Of a stretch of 64,000 nt of DNA, positions 52,761 through 64,000 are shown piece by piece. The translations under genes and the position numbers were made by a program. The DNA lies in NCBI GenBank assembly GCA_951406725.2, contig OX597819.1:87730001-87794000 (forward strand), in the 5' to 3' direction. This DNA comes from Octopus vulgaris. Its lineage: Eukaryota. The stretch's first letter is position 1. The number at the start of each line of letters is the position of its first letter. The notes beneath the pieces are model-generated. The model searched no databases and was not told the origin of the DNA. It saw only the letters and a program-made list of their open reading frames with translations.

Positions 52761-53690
52761 AGTAATGTGATGATAATCTTAACATCTTGTGAAAGAAAGT
52801 GAAATTCAAAATGAATTTAACAGCTTTGTGCAGTATTGAAAAGTTCTTGCAGACAATATAACCATTTCAATTTCAACGCATAAACTCAAGTACAACTCCA
52901 AAGTCTAGAAAACTCTTTCAAAAAATGTAATAAATTATCTCGTGTATTAATTCTACTAGATACAAAACTCGAGTTTTGCAAATTTAAATGTTCACATATA
53001 TTTCTTTTAGATTATTTACATATATTTCTTTTAGATTATTTACATGTGTATTTTGTTGATTTCTTTTTGTTGGCCCCTAAATCACTGGCACATAAACAAA
53101 CCAACGCCAGTTGTCTAGCGGTTCAGGGAACAAACACAAGGATGTGGTTGTGTGTTCTCACACAGTTTCTGTCACCTAAATTCACTTGTAAGTTGCTTGT
53201 CCACAGTTGTGAACGAGCTTGCACAAAACTATTCCTGTGTTTATCACCATCAGCTTAATGGTCAGACAAAATTCATTGAGGCAGGTTTTGGAAGCACTTC
53301 CTCTCGTCAACATGCACCTATTCCTCAAAGTAATATTTCCACGAGAAACACATGTTTAGATATGTTTACATGCAGGCGTCACACAAAAAGCACCCACCAC
53401 ACTCAGTAAAATGGTTGGCGTTAGGAAGGGCATCCACCCGTAGAAACCATGCCAAAATAGACAAATGGAGCATGGATATCTCCTTTGTCAAACCATCCAA
53501 CCCATACCAATATGAAAACAAGCGTTAAATGATTATGATGATTAAGCTGTTTGTTATGGCCGGTCAGAGAGTGACCATTGGTTTCGCGTCTATAAAGCAC
53601 TTAGCTATGTAGTCGATTCGTCAGACTCAAATGGCCGGAGTGTGCTTCCTTTTCGGATACATAAACTACTGACCAATATGTATATACAGG

Positions 53691-53852
53691 GTAGGCCGGT
53701 TTATGGGGTTACCCTGGGTATCGCGCTTATAAGCGATTTAGCAACCTTACAGTGATCTTCAGACCACTCCAAACGTCTGAAGTCTGAAGATATGCCTTAA
53801 GGCTAAACTCTTTATGAACGAGAAACCCAGGGTAACCCCATAAACCAGCCTA
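53691..53852. repeat. Palindrome with two inverted hammerhead motifs (relative of 18811-18981)
   Basis: Plus: gt-CTGAAGA…GAAAC-ccag-GGTA-accc (53782-53838). Minus: tggt-CTGAAGA…GATAC-ccag-GGTA-accc (53705-53767). Downstream tctacatcttag…ggattt shared with the 18.8-kb insert. Confidence 0.8.
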
Positions 53853-53987
53853 ACCACTATAATATTATGTTCTACATCTTAGGGAGTGCTCCTCCTCCGG
53901 ATTTATGTATTTATACAAACTATGAATATATGTATTAAACTGTTAAGAGTAGATATTAGACCTTGATCTTCACCATAAGACATATAT

Positions 53988-54074
53988 GCCGGAGGTAAAG
54001 AATATGTACACCAGTTTTCGGCGTAACCTAAAGCTGATCCTAACCATCGAGTGTACGCATTCTTTACCTTCGCC
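53988..54074 (-). mobile_element. ~87-bp miniature inverted-repeat element
   Basis: TIR g(c)cggaggtaaagaatatgtacac / gtgtacgcattctttaccttcgcc; second copy at 58500. Confidence 0.75.
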
Positions 54075-54199
54075 TATATATATATATATATATATATATA
54101 CCGGAGTAAACACATAAATGTGAAACAAGGTGGAAAAAAGAGTACTCAAATACCAGTGGTAGAGTAATATGCTTTATTTTAAGCAGCAGAAAATTCAAC

Positions 54200-54246
54200 A
54201 AAATCTGTTACTCTGAGTTTCTCGTTGCCGTTCATCAGACAGTTTT
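54200..54246 (-). ncRNA. Minimal type I hammerhead ribozyme
   Basis: aaaactgt-CTGATGA-acg GCAA cga-GAAAC-tcaga-GTA-acagatttt, followed by AATAAA; insert 54101-54250 sits inside (TA)n. The stem II closing pair is mismatched in this copy. Confidence 0.75.
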
Positions 54247-54249
54247 TGC

Positions 54250-54386
54250 TATATGTATATATGTATATATATAAATAATGTATATATATATATATATATA
54301 TACATATGTGTGTGTATGTATATATATACATATGTGTGTGTATGTATATATATATATATATACATATGTGTGTGTATGTATGTATA

Positions 54387-54428
<42 letters not shown>

Positions 54429-54429
54429 C

Positions 54430-54462
<33 letters not shown>

Positions 54463-54499
54463 CATATATATGTATATATATATATATATATACACACAC

Positions 54500-54568
<69 letters not shown>

Positions 54569-54591
54569 TATATGTGTGTGTGTGTGTGTGT

Positions 54592-54643
<52 letters not shown>
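54250..54643. repeat. TA/CA/TG compound microsatellite
   Basis: Directly visible. Confidence 0.95.
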
Positions 54644-54644
<1 letters not shown>

Positions 54645-54902
54645 AAGGCCATCTTTGAGTTTCTACCTAAGTATACCCCTCTCCCTAGGATTTGGTTTCT
54701 TAGAATGCATTTACCCAAGGTCCCACGCAGTGGAAACTGAACGCAAAACCACTTGCTAGGGAAGTGCACGTAAACCGCACAGCATTATGAGTTTCTTGTT
54801 TATTGAACTAGCGTGTAAAATGTCTGAGCATTCGAGACACGTGTCCTCCTATAACGTTATTCTCGTGCAGAATGAGCGTGACGCATTCTGTAATGCACAA
54901 TA

Positions 54903-54939
<37 letters not shown>

Positions 54940-55508
54940 ATGTATGTATATATATATATGTATATATATATATACACACACACACTCACCATTGCTGTTT
55001 GTGTCTCCTTTGCGAGTTGTTAACTTCCGTTATTGTTTTAACTCTTTTTCTGTACCCCCAGTCCCCTTGTTTTGTATTCCCTTACTTTATTACATACTGA
55101 CACACTTGCCGATTTCCTCCACAATGGATTCTGTTTTACTCATTTTCACTTTTTGAAAAACTTAATTTTTTTTTTTTTTTACCATACGGCTGTTAATAGT
55201 AGTAGCAGCCATCATTTTATTTGTGTGTGCCTTTGAACTATTTTCTTTCTTTTGTCCACTATATATATATATATATATATATATAACTAATATTCAGTAA
55301 TATCTTTTTGCTAGTCTATTTTGTCCCTCTGTCTTATCTCGTGGTGCGATATGAACATTTAAGGTGGCTTTTAGAGTCAGGGAATTTGACTGCTATTTCG
55401 GCATGGTGGTGTCTCTTAGACACCCTTATTTATAGTTGTATAAAATTATTACCTTTGTATGGTATTTATTCCCACGCTGGCCACTTGATAATATCGATAT
55501 TATCCTTA

Positions 55509-55550
<42 letters not shown>

Positions 55551-55929
55551 ACAAAAGAAAGAAAATAATTCAAAGACACATTTGGTAGGAATTACGTATA
55601 TTCTTTTAATAACTTGACTCGGCGTAGATCAAACTGGATAGATAGAACTTAAAAGCATGAGTATGTATGGATAGATAGATACATACATACATTATTTTTA
55701 TTTTTAAACGGCAGAAGTTACAACACGACTCTGGCCAGGAGTATAATAAGCATTTATCAGTGCCATGTACGAAACTCCCGAACCTCGAGTCACTCTGTAT
55801 CTTCCGTCTATCAGACATGCAGACTATGTATATGCGTGTGTGTGTTTAATGATATATATAGTAGTTGTTGTTTAGACTATTTTGTTTGCACTTTCCCTTT
55901 CACCCAATCCAGTAATAACATTACTCATT

Positions 55930-56400
55930 TGTCGTCGTAGGCTTGACCTCAATAAGCTATTCGAAGGAACTGCGTACGTTGGACTTGGGAGAAAGAAAAA
56001 AAAAATAATCTCGCAACAATGGCTTACTTCCTTCCATGCATATTAATCTCGCTACTTTTTCTCTTCGAATTTCCGAGAGGACCTTTTGTTTTTGTTCTTT
56101 TTTTTTCGTGTAATTTTTTTTTCCTTTTATTTACTTTCGATTTTACGCCTATAATTTCTTTTTTTGTTAGTTTATTGACGCTGGTGTTGATTATGTATTT
56201 ATCCTTACTTCGCCTCCTCCTCCCCTTCTCCCTGTTTTCCCTCTCTCATCCGATGTCGGTCGCCATTTCAATTGTCGCCTGCACAAAAATCTTTATAATC
56301 TTTTTTTTTTCTTCCCGAATATTTTTTACTTCGGAATTCGGCTGTCTTATAGTTTAAATTTCTTTAAATTGTATTGTGCGTGAGGTAGATTATTTTGTCG
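55930..56400 (-). promoter_or_regulatory. Candidate promoter/first exon of a minus-strand gene
   Basis: Non-repetitive and CpG-rich; AAATGGCG (YY1-like) at 56268-56261; donor-like GAA|GTAAGG at 56208 and GAA|GTAAGC at 56027. Confidence 0.4.
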
Positions 56401-56809
56401 CTTTTGATTTATTTATATCATATTTAATGTATCGTAGACTGCGCAGTTTAAGAAAATTGGGAAACGACTATCTCTCCTTCCTTGGATTTTATTATTATTA
56501 TTATTATTGGTAAAACTATCCAGTGTTGAAGAGTCGAAGCCGCTTAGCTTTTAGTCTGCAAACACAAATACATATAATAAACACACACACGCTCGTACGT
56601 TCACAGAAGCATACACTCTTGCAAACCTCTACTTTTTTCTACTCGATCGCTTGGCGTATTCCATAATTTGCAAAAATGGATAAGAAAGACTTCGTAATAA
56701 ATATAAGATAGATAGACAGATACACAGCAATGCCGGGATACCGCCTTTAGATTATGCCGTATTACAGATGTTAGGTAGTACGTATTTATCACTCACCTGT
56801 GTATGTATG

Positions 56810-56819
<10 letters not shown>

Positions 56820-56846
<27 letters not shown>

Positions 56847-57095
56847 TTATATATATATGTATGTATAATGCATATATATATATTTATATATATATGTATG
56901 TATAATGCATATATATATATTTATATATATATGTATGTATAATGCATATATATATATTTATATATATATGTATGTATAATGCATATATATATATTTATAT
57001 ATATATGTATGTATAATGTATATATATATATATTTATATATATATGTATGTATAATGTATATATATATATATTTATATATGTATATATATATATT
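56820..57095. repeat. ~36-bp AT-rich minisatellite
   Basis: tttatatatatatgtatgtataatgcatatatatata repeated about 6 times. Confidence 0.9.
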
Positions 57096-57204
57096 TATAT
57101 AATTAAAGTCAAAATGAGGGTGAAAAAAATTGGATATTAATTTAATAACATCAATTTAAACACCAGTGGTCTAGCGCATAAAAGACTGAGATTCAGTAAA
57201 TATT

Positions 57205-57296
57205 ATTAATACACAAATATGAGAGAGTCCCTTTGCGGATCTATATCTAGCGTAAGAGCGTCCACAGTGGATTCTCTCTCATATTTGTGTATTAAT
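57205..57296. repeat. Hairpin insert within (TA)n
   Basis: attaatacacaaatatgagagag…/…ctctctcatatttgtgtattaat. Confidence 0.85.
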
Positions 57297-57902
57297 TATT
57301 TATATGTATATATGCATATATATATTATTTATATTATATATATGTATGTATACACACACACACACACACACACTACAAGGTGCTTCGTAAATGCATAAGT
57401 TCCGTGTTATCTATCCCTTACATACCTTTCTGATAAAACTTCCTTAGACAAATATGCCTTCGTTAAACTAGTTATAATAAAAAACACTCCGTAGTGGAAG
57501 CACCTTCGTGATACAAAATTGCGGACAGTCTTCGTTGCGTGGTTTAGTTGTCGGTCTTATCTAAGTAGGTGTCAGGTCGTCTGAAAGCATTTATTATGAA
57601 GCTTTAAAGTTTGTAGCGCGCACACACGCTCACGTAGACGTCTGGTTAATTATTGGATGTTATCGATTGTGAAAGGGCGAAGTAATATTCTTTCGGATTC
57701 GATATTTCGTTTGGTTAATAAATTATTATTTTTGATTTGTTAGGAAAATAAAGTTTTGGGGGTTTATGAGACACCAAAAATGCGGTTAGTTTTGGAGTGT
57801 TTTCCTTATCAATCGCATTAAGATAAAATAACTTTTCTGAGAAAAATAACTTTTGTTATATGTATGTATATATATATATGTATGTATATATATATATGTA
57901 TG

Positions 57903-57946
<44 letters not shown>

Positions 57947-58499
57947 CCAAGTGTATTTTTAGATTAGTTGGGAGTGTTAATTTGGTTTATTTTGTTGTTT
58001 TTTTTATGCTGTTTTTATTTTTCAATTATGAAAGTTAAAATTTTCATATATATTATTTGAAAATGGATTTTACTATTTTCAAAGTCTGTATCTAGAACTG
58101 CTGCTTCAAAAAACGATTATTTTCTTTCATCCCGTTGTGCCATGTACCCGGTGAAAACACTCCTTTTAAAGATCAATTATGCAGAAATACAAGGGAGGTA
58201 TTGTGTATAAATCAATTTTGATAAATAAAACTTCCGTAATGTTTTCAAGTTACAATTTATTTGCAAAGTATATTTTATTTATAAAATACAACACACACAC
58301 ACACTTCCAACCATATTTTCTCAAATGATTGAATCCATAATTGTTCGAAGGAATGCTATTCATTCACTGAGTGAAGAAAACAAGCAAAAAATATAGTGGC
58401 ATGGGACAGAATGAAGAGTTTTTATAGCGTTTTTGACTTTGAAGAATTTTTTTTTTTACAAATGACCACTGAATTATGACCTAAATGCATTAAAAACAT

Positions 58500-58584
58500 G
58501 GCGAAGGTAAAGAATATGCACACCCGGCATTTAGGGTTAGGGTTACATCGAAAACGGGTGGTGTGCGTATTTTTTACCTCCGCC
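58500..58584 (+). mobile_element. ~85-bp miniature inverted-repeat element with internal (TTAGGG)2
   Basis: ggcgaaggtaaagaatatgcacac … gtgtgcgtattttttacctccgcc. Confidence 0.75.
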
Positions 58585-61500
58585 AAAAACAGTATATCAT
58601 ATTCTGAACACTATTTCAGACAATTATCACCGTTCTCTCTGAGCATATAAAAGACAAATTTGGTTGGGGCAAAATGAGTAAGCCAATTTTACTCTAATTT
58701 TCCAGCATTACATTTGAAGGTACATCAATACTCATGTTTAGTTAGACATCATAAAGATCAGAAATGCAGCAAAAATTTTAACTATCTAGGTCAAATGAAA
58801 GAGGATCACGGAAAAATGGGATATGATATGAAATCAACGAAACTCGGCTAAATCTAAAAACTCAATATAAAATATTCTCTTTTTGTTCTGCAAGTGTGGC
58901 TCACTTTCCAATATATTTATACACCATGCATTTAAAGAGAAATCGAGACCAGTCATTACTCATTTTACCCCCATTTTAAACTTTTTTTAATTGAAAATAA
59001 TCAAATTCGACATTAGTGTGGGGAAAAAATTGACTTGGAATCGAACAAAGACATGAATATTGATTGTTAAACGTCAAAAATTATCCAGATATTTTATTAG
59101 CATTTTCAATTATAATTGAGTCAATGTTGAAGCAAAAATTCTTGAATGATATGATAAGTACCAGACTAAATTCCAAACTCTCTCTCAAGTTCAGCAACAA
59201 CTATACTGACCAGTTTTTTCTTCTAAAGTTGTTGCAACAGTACAGAATGATGATGCAATACTTGCAATGTTATAATTTCAAACAGGTTGGGAGAAAATAA
59301 TGAGAAATCATAGAGAAATAGTTAATTCTGTCCGGTAGAATTTAATGACTTGTTTTCCCCGTAACATTGCAAGGCCTATTTCAAAGAAATATGAAGTTTC
59401 ATTTTGTGATTCAGAGTTTATCCACACAACTGTCCATTCAAGAGAAATTTCCTTGCCAAGCATTAAGCCAATTTTTAAAGACGTGTATATCATTGCTGAT
59501 TGATTTATAAATTATTAGTTATTATAAATTTATTTTAACATAATATACACAGAAGAATTGAGCTTGGCTTGATTTAAACTCCCAAATATTGATGTTCTAA
59601 ATCACTTATGAACCCCTTTGGGTACTGCTGTTCTATGATGGGCCCCTATAGCCATTCACTGTTTAAAAGCTAGTTTTACAGAGCTTTCTTTCAAAATTTT
59701 TATTTTGTTTTTCACTCATTCACTCATGTAGGTTAGAATGCTTCATTTGCCAGAAACATATTGAATTGTTAAGTGTTAGAGAAAGACAGTTGTTTCTTGA
59801 AATATTTGTCTGTAGCAAGTTCTATTTTATGTACCCCCTAAATATAGTTGTGGAGCTTTTAAAATTCAACCAAGCCTGTTACAATATTTAAACACCACCT
59901 CCACCACACTATAGTGGATATAGACTACTTTAACTGGCCAGCTGATTGACAATCTAGTCACCATCACTACTGTGTATCCCTAATGGAAATCAGTATGCTA
60001 CTGGTCAATTAGTACTTTTGTATTATTATGGAGTATAAAAGCTAAAAATATAAATTGACTGTTCCAACAGTTGTGACAAAACTGAATATATCTGTTGTAT
60101 AACTGTAAAAGAATACACACGTATATGTGTGTGTGTATGTAGAATATCTAATTTTTTTTTTTTTTTTGTATTTTTAGCAGAGACTGAATGAAGTAGGAAT
60201 TAATCTATTAGTGATGTTTTTTTTTCTTTTTTCTTATGAAACTTTACTTGGAGAAATGATAACCTTCATTAAGATATCTTTGTTATTTCTGTAGCTATTG
60301 ATATTTTCTTCTGGAAAGCACTTTCCATTTATTTTAATCTGTTTATCATCACTACATTGTGATGGTGACAAATGTGCTATTGTAATATCGTTCATTAAAT
60401 TCAATCATCTGTGAATTGTATCAGTCTAACAAGGTTCTATTTTTCTATCAGCTTCATGTATCTTTAATTAGAGCAATTCAAATTTGTAAAAAACATTTTG
60501 AGGTGTTTGTAATTTAATGTTATTGGAACACCTGAGTATAGAGAGAGAGGGGGCATTAATTAAGCTGTTATCTTTTAATTTTTTTTTTTTAAACATCCTT
60601 ATTTCTCTATTAGGGATTACTAAATGTGGTAGACAAGAGGATTTACCTCAGTATTTTTACAATTAGCCATCCTTCTTAATATTAACCCCTTGAAAATGTC
60701 AGTTTCAATCTGATTCTCTAAGTTGACTAGAGAATATTGTTCCTTATTTGCAGTCACAATATAGTGTTTGAATTCTAGAAAATTGGTCAGACATTAGATA
60801 AATGTTAATCTGATGTATATAGAAATTATAACAGCAATGGTATGGACAGTATCAGTTGGATGAAAAAATGGTGTGAGCTGAATCAAACCAAACAAAAGGT
60901 AGTGAGGTCTAATATGAGAATATTGAGACTCTCAAACTAGGAGGTGTAATGTGGAGTAAAATGTAATGAATGCTGTATGGATCTGGCCAGTTTGAATAAT
61001 AAAAAAAAACAGTATTTTGCCCAAATATGGCTGATTTAAATGCTAAAGGGTAAAATAAACCCTGGCATATTAAATTGCTCTTCTTTCTTCATGGTTATGG
61101 TGTAAGTGTGTCTGGTTGCCTACTACCATGTCATACCTACCCTCATTTTGCCACCTTTGATAGTTCTTGACAGTTATTATGTAAGTGACACTGCTGACTG
61201 TATCATGGTATTTATTAGATAAAAAATATTGTTGTAATTAAGCAGATAAGATGAATTGTTTTGGTAGTTGAGATATACCAACTGGGTACAAAAGTAGAAT
61301 ACTGTTGTTTCCTGTTGCATTGCTTTTATGAGCCTCATAAGTCTGTGTAGTCCAAATTTGTTTTGTCCCTCAACAATTTTTCTTTTTATTATGAAGTTCT
61401 TGTCTCTTTCATGTCATAATTTTCTGAAAACTAAGCAATCAGTTGTATATGAAAAAAAAAGTATTTTAGAAAATGAAACTATATTTCATGCATTAGTTGT

Positions 61501-61754
61501 GTGAATGTGTGACGTGTTAAGCTGAGGATAAATTTGAGGTCATTTTTCAAAAATAACGAAAAATCCTATCACCAGTTAAGTTTCACATCTTTTCCACTTG
61601 TGATAATTATCTGCCATGCTTGCAAGTAAAACACCTTTCATATCTGTTAGTTACTTTACGCCAGTACACACCAAAGCATACTTCTATACTTCCAAGAACT
61701 TATCAAGGTTAAAAGAAGTTGTTTCTTCAATTTTACCTTTTTCTACAAATCTGT

Positions 61755-62010
61755 TTGTGGCTGTGTGGTAAGAAGTTTGCTTCCCAAGCACATGGCACCT
61801 TGTTCAAATGTTTTCTAATTTAGCCTAGGGTTGACTAAAGCCTTATCTGTGGATTTGGCAGACAAAGTGAAAGAAGCCTGTTTTTTATACATATGTTTGT
61901 GTATCTGCTGCTAATGCTTGACAACCAGTGTTGGTGTGTTTATGTCTCCATAACTTGGTGGTGTGGCAAAACAGACTCAAAACAAGTATGAGGTTTAAAA
62001 ACGAAAATGT
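61755..62010 (+). mobile_element. SINE family A, degenerate
   Basis: gtggctgtgtggtaagaagtttgcttccca…gacaaccagtgttggtgtgtttatgtc. Confidence 0.8.
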
Positions 62011-62235
62011 ACAGAAGTTATTTCTACTTAGGCTTTTGAAGTGTTCCAGGAAAGCTTTTATTTAGTTAGTCATTTAGCTCTTCATTTTCTCACTGCAAGT
62101 CTTTTGTTTCAGTGATGTCAGAGGCATTTTGATGACCTACAATCAAGTGGAATGACTAATTTTTCAATTAACGTGGGTAGGATGTGTGTACATTTCCACA
62201 AAATATATCTCTTAGTGAAATAAAGTGGAGAGCTA

Positions 62236-62441
62236 AGGCAGTGAGCTGGCAGAATTAACATACCGGGCAGAATGCTTAGTGGCATTTTGTCTATCTTTAT
62301 GTTCTGAGCTCAAATTCCACCAAGGTTGACTTTGCCTTTCATATTTTCAGGGTTGATAAAATAAGTTGAGCCCTAGGGTAAGTGTTATTGACTTGCCCCA
62401 TACCCTGAACTTGCTGGCCTTGTGCCAAAATTTGAAACCAA
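62236..62441 (+). mobile_element. SINE family C (head also near 4316-4400)
   Basis: aaggcagtgagctggcaga…ttctgagctcaaattcc…gttgactttgcctttcat…gataaaataag…ggccttgtgccaaaatttgaaacc. Confidence 0.7.
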
Positions 62442-63222
62442 TATTTATTTCAGATTTTTATTTTGTAGAAAATATTCTGAGACTAGATAAGAAGAAAGAT
62501 GAACCATAGCACCAACACTGGAGATTGTCATATCCTGAACAAGACTGGGGTCACCTCAACTCGTATTAACCTCCTCAAAGTATCAGTAGAAGGTTTCACT
62601 TAATACTATACACTTATCAAATAACCTAGGAGAGAACAAAACTTTTTCCCCTTAAAGAGACCTTGAAACACTACCATGAGGAAAAGGCTTGGCTACAATC
62701 TGAGCTTAGACTTTCATTTTGACCTTAATTTCATTACATACCATCAACTACAAGTATTTTCTGTAAAATGAATCATTCAGTTTAACTTGTCACTGCCTTA
62801 TTACCAGAATGACTTACTTGATCATAAATAATTGAATGTGGTAGTGAAAAAATTCTGTTTTGTAAAATTATAAGACTCTATTATTTTAATTTTTATATAA
62901 ATCTTTACTGGCAATTCCTAAAGTATCTTTCACAACTAAACATTGAACATAAACGAATGTATCCTATGTATAATTACTTTGGTTATATTACGTGATAGTA
63001 GCATGATACTTTTTCTTAGAATTGCTTTTTACAACATTAGAGTGCAACATTGTTGACATTTTATGGTGTGAAATGTCTGTACTATTCAAGTTCATTTTTT
63101 TGTTTCCACTGTGATCACCACCCATATCTTCTGATTGTGCCAAATCAGGTCAAACTGCACAGATCTACTCTTAATGTATTGTATTATATATATATATATA
63201 TATGACATATCCACTTGGTAAC

Positions 63223-63409
63223 TTAACCCTTTCGTTACTGTATTTATTTTGAGATGCTCTGTGTTTCTTTCAATTACTTTAAATATAACAAAGAATTTAG
63301 TAAAATAACTAAGTTATCATTCAGTTAGTGTTAGGAACATAAATTGTGACTAAACTTATAAAAACAAGACATTTGTACTCAGAGCTAGAGCCGGTAACGA
63401 AAGGGTTAA
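63223..63409 (+). mobile_element. Non-autonomous piggyBac-type MITE (internally deleted copy)
   Basis: TTAA-ccctttcgttac … gtaacgaaaggg-TTAA, perfect 12-bp TIR; body matches 9085-9305. Confidence 0.9.
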
Positions 63410-63589
63410 AGATGTGTGGTCAGTTGTATCTTTATTATAGACTTGTTCTAGTAGTACTTATTGGAATAACATGACTACAGTCACATAAATGACTTGTATT
63501 TGAGGAAATTTAATGTTTTCTCCTCTTAATCCTCCTGCCCACCCCCCACTTTTCTTTTCTACAGAATTTTAAATTTACTTGATTGAGTA

Positions 63590-63913
63590 AAAGGGTAAAG
63601 ACCCCCTTTGGTCATGAATGACCATGAGATTGCACCTAAGAAGTTCCCCGCCGAGGCATAAGTTCAGGCAAGCGTGTTTATGAAATACCAGCAGTCGCCA
63701 ATGCATACCAGCCTCCCTTCTTCATGCCACTGATGTTAACCCAGGGAAAGGAAAAGGTTGATACAGCTTGGCACCAGTGACATTGCAACTCATTTCTACA
63801 ACTGAGTGAACTGGAGCAATATGAAGTGTCTTGCTCAAAAACACAGCCCAGTTCAGGAATCGAACTCACTACCTCACTACCAATGCTTTAACCACTGAGC
63901 CATCCACCTTCAC
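63590..63913 (-). mobile_element. tRNA-derived SINE family D
   Basis: Minus strand tggctcagtggtt (A box), gagttcgattcc (B box), ttgagcaagacac, 3' end ggtgcaatctcatggtcattcatgaccaaagggggtctttacc. Confidence 0.8.
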
Positions 63914-64000
63914 AAATTTACCTGATAAAAGTACAGATTTAAGATTTTCATAAGGATTTTTGTTTTTCCAGAAGTACAACCACTATTGCAAATGCTCTCA

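Noticed and set aside
56019-56357. Hydrophobic 112-aa ORF resembling a membrane protein
   Set aside because: Phe/Leu richness is explained by T-rich low-complexity DNA.
59040-59500. Possible transposase or exon relic
   Set aside because: No motif could be identified in any frame.
62468-62603. Possible plus-strand exon after ttttgtAG with ATG
   Set aside because: Short frame, weak donor, no recognisable protein; insufficient support.

Overview
AT-rich, repeat-dense animal DNA. The mix of tRNA-derived SINEs, RTE LINEs and very abundant (TA)n/(CA)n microsatellites suggests an octopus (coleoid cephalopod) genome; this is an inference. There is one 100-N scaffold gap. The window contains no complete host gene: only two candidate minus-strand terminal exons (10414-10531, 8686-8707) and a CpG-rich promoter-like region near 56-57.7 kb. 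Most long ORFs in the track are microsatellite artefacts. Recognisable elements: more than 10 RTE-clade LINE pieces, CR1/L2-group LINE pieces (one with an open RT ORF), at least four SINE families, two piggyBac-type TTAA MITEs, Helitrons, a Tc1/mariner relic and a Penelope-like (Neptune-type) GIY-YIG fragment. The main finding is a dispersed set of short inserts within (TA)n tracts, often long hairpins, that carry minimal type I hammerhead ribozyme motifs from at least five families. Some look intact or nearly so (48731-48795, 18901-18961, 54200-54246), two loci are back-to-back inverted ribozyme pairs, and one appears to carry a G3:C8 core swap. Together with the GIY-YIG fragment they point to a microsatellite-targeting Penelope/retrozyme-like system. 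Other findings are a 1.8-kb composite Helitron that splits a minisatellite in register and a SINE-LINE shared 3' stem-loop with compensatory changes. All calls were made by eye without database searches.
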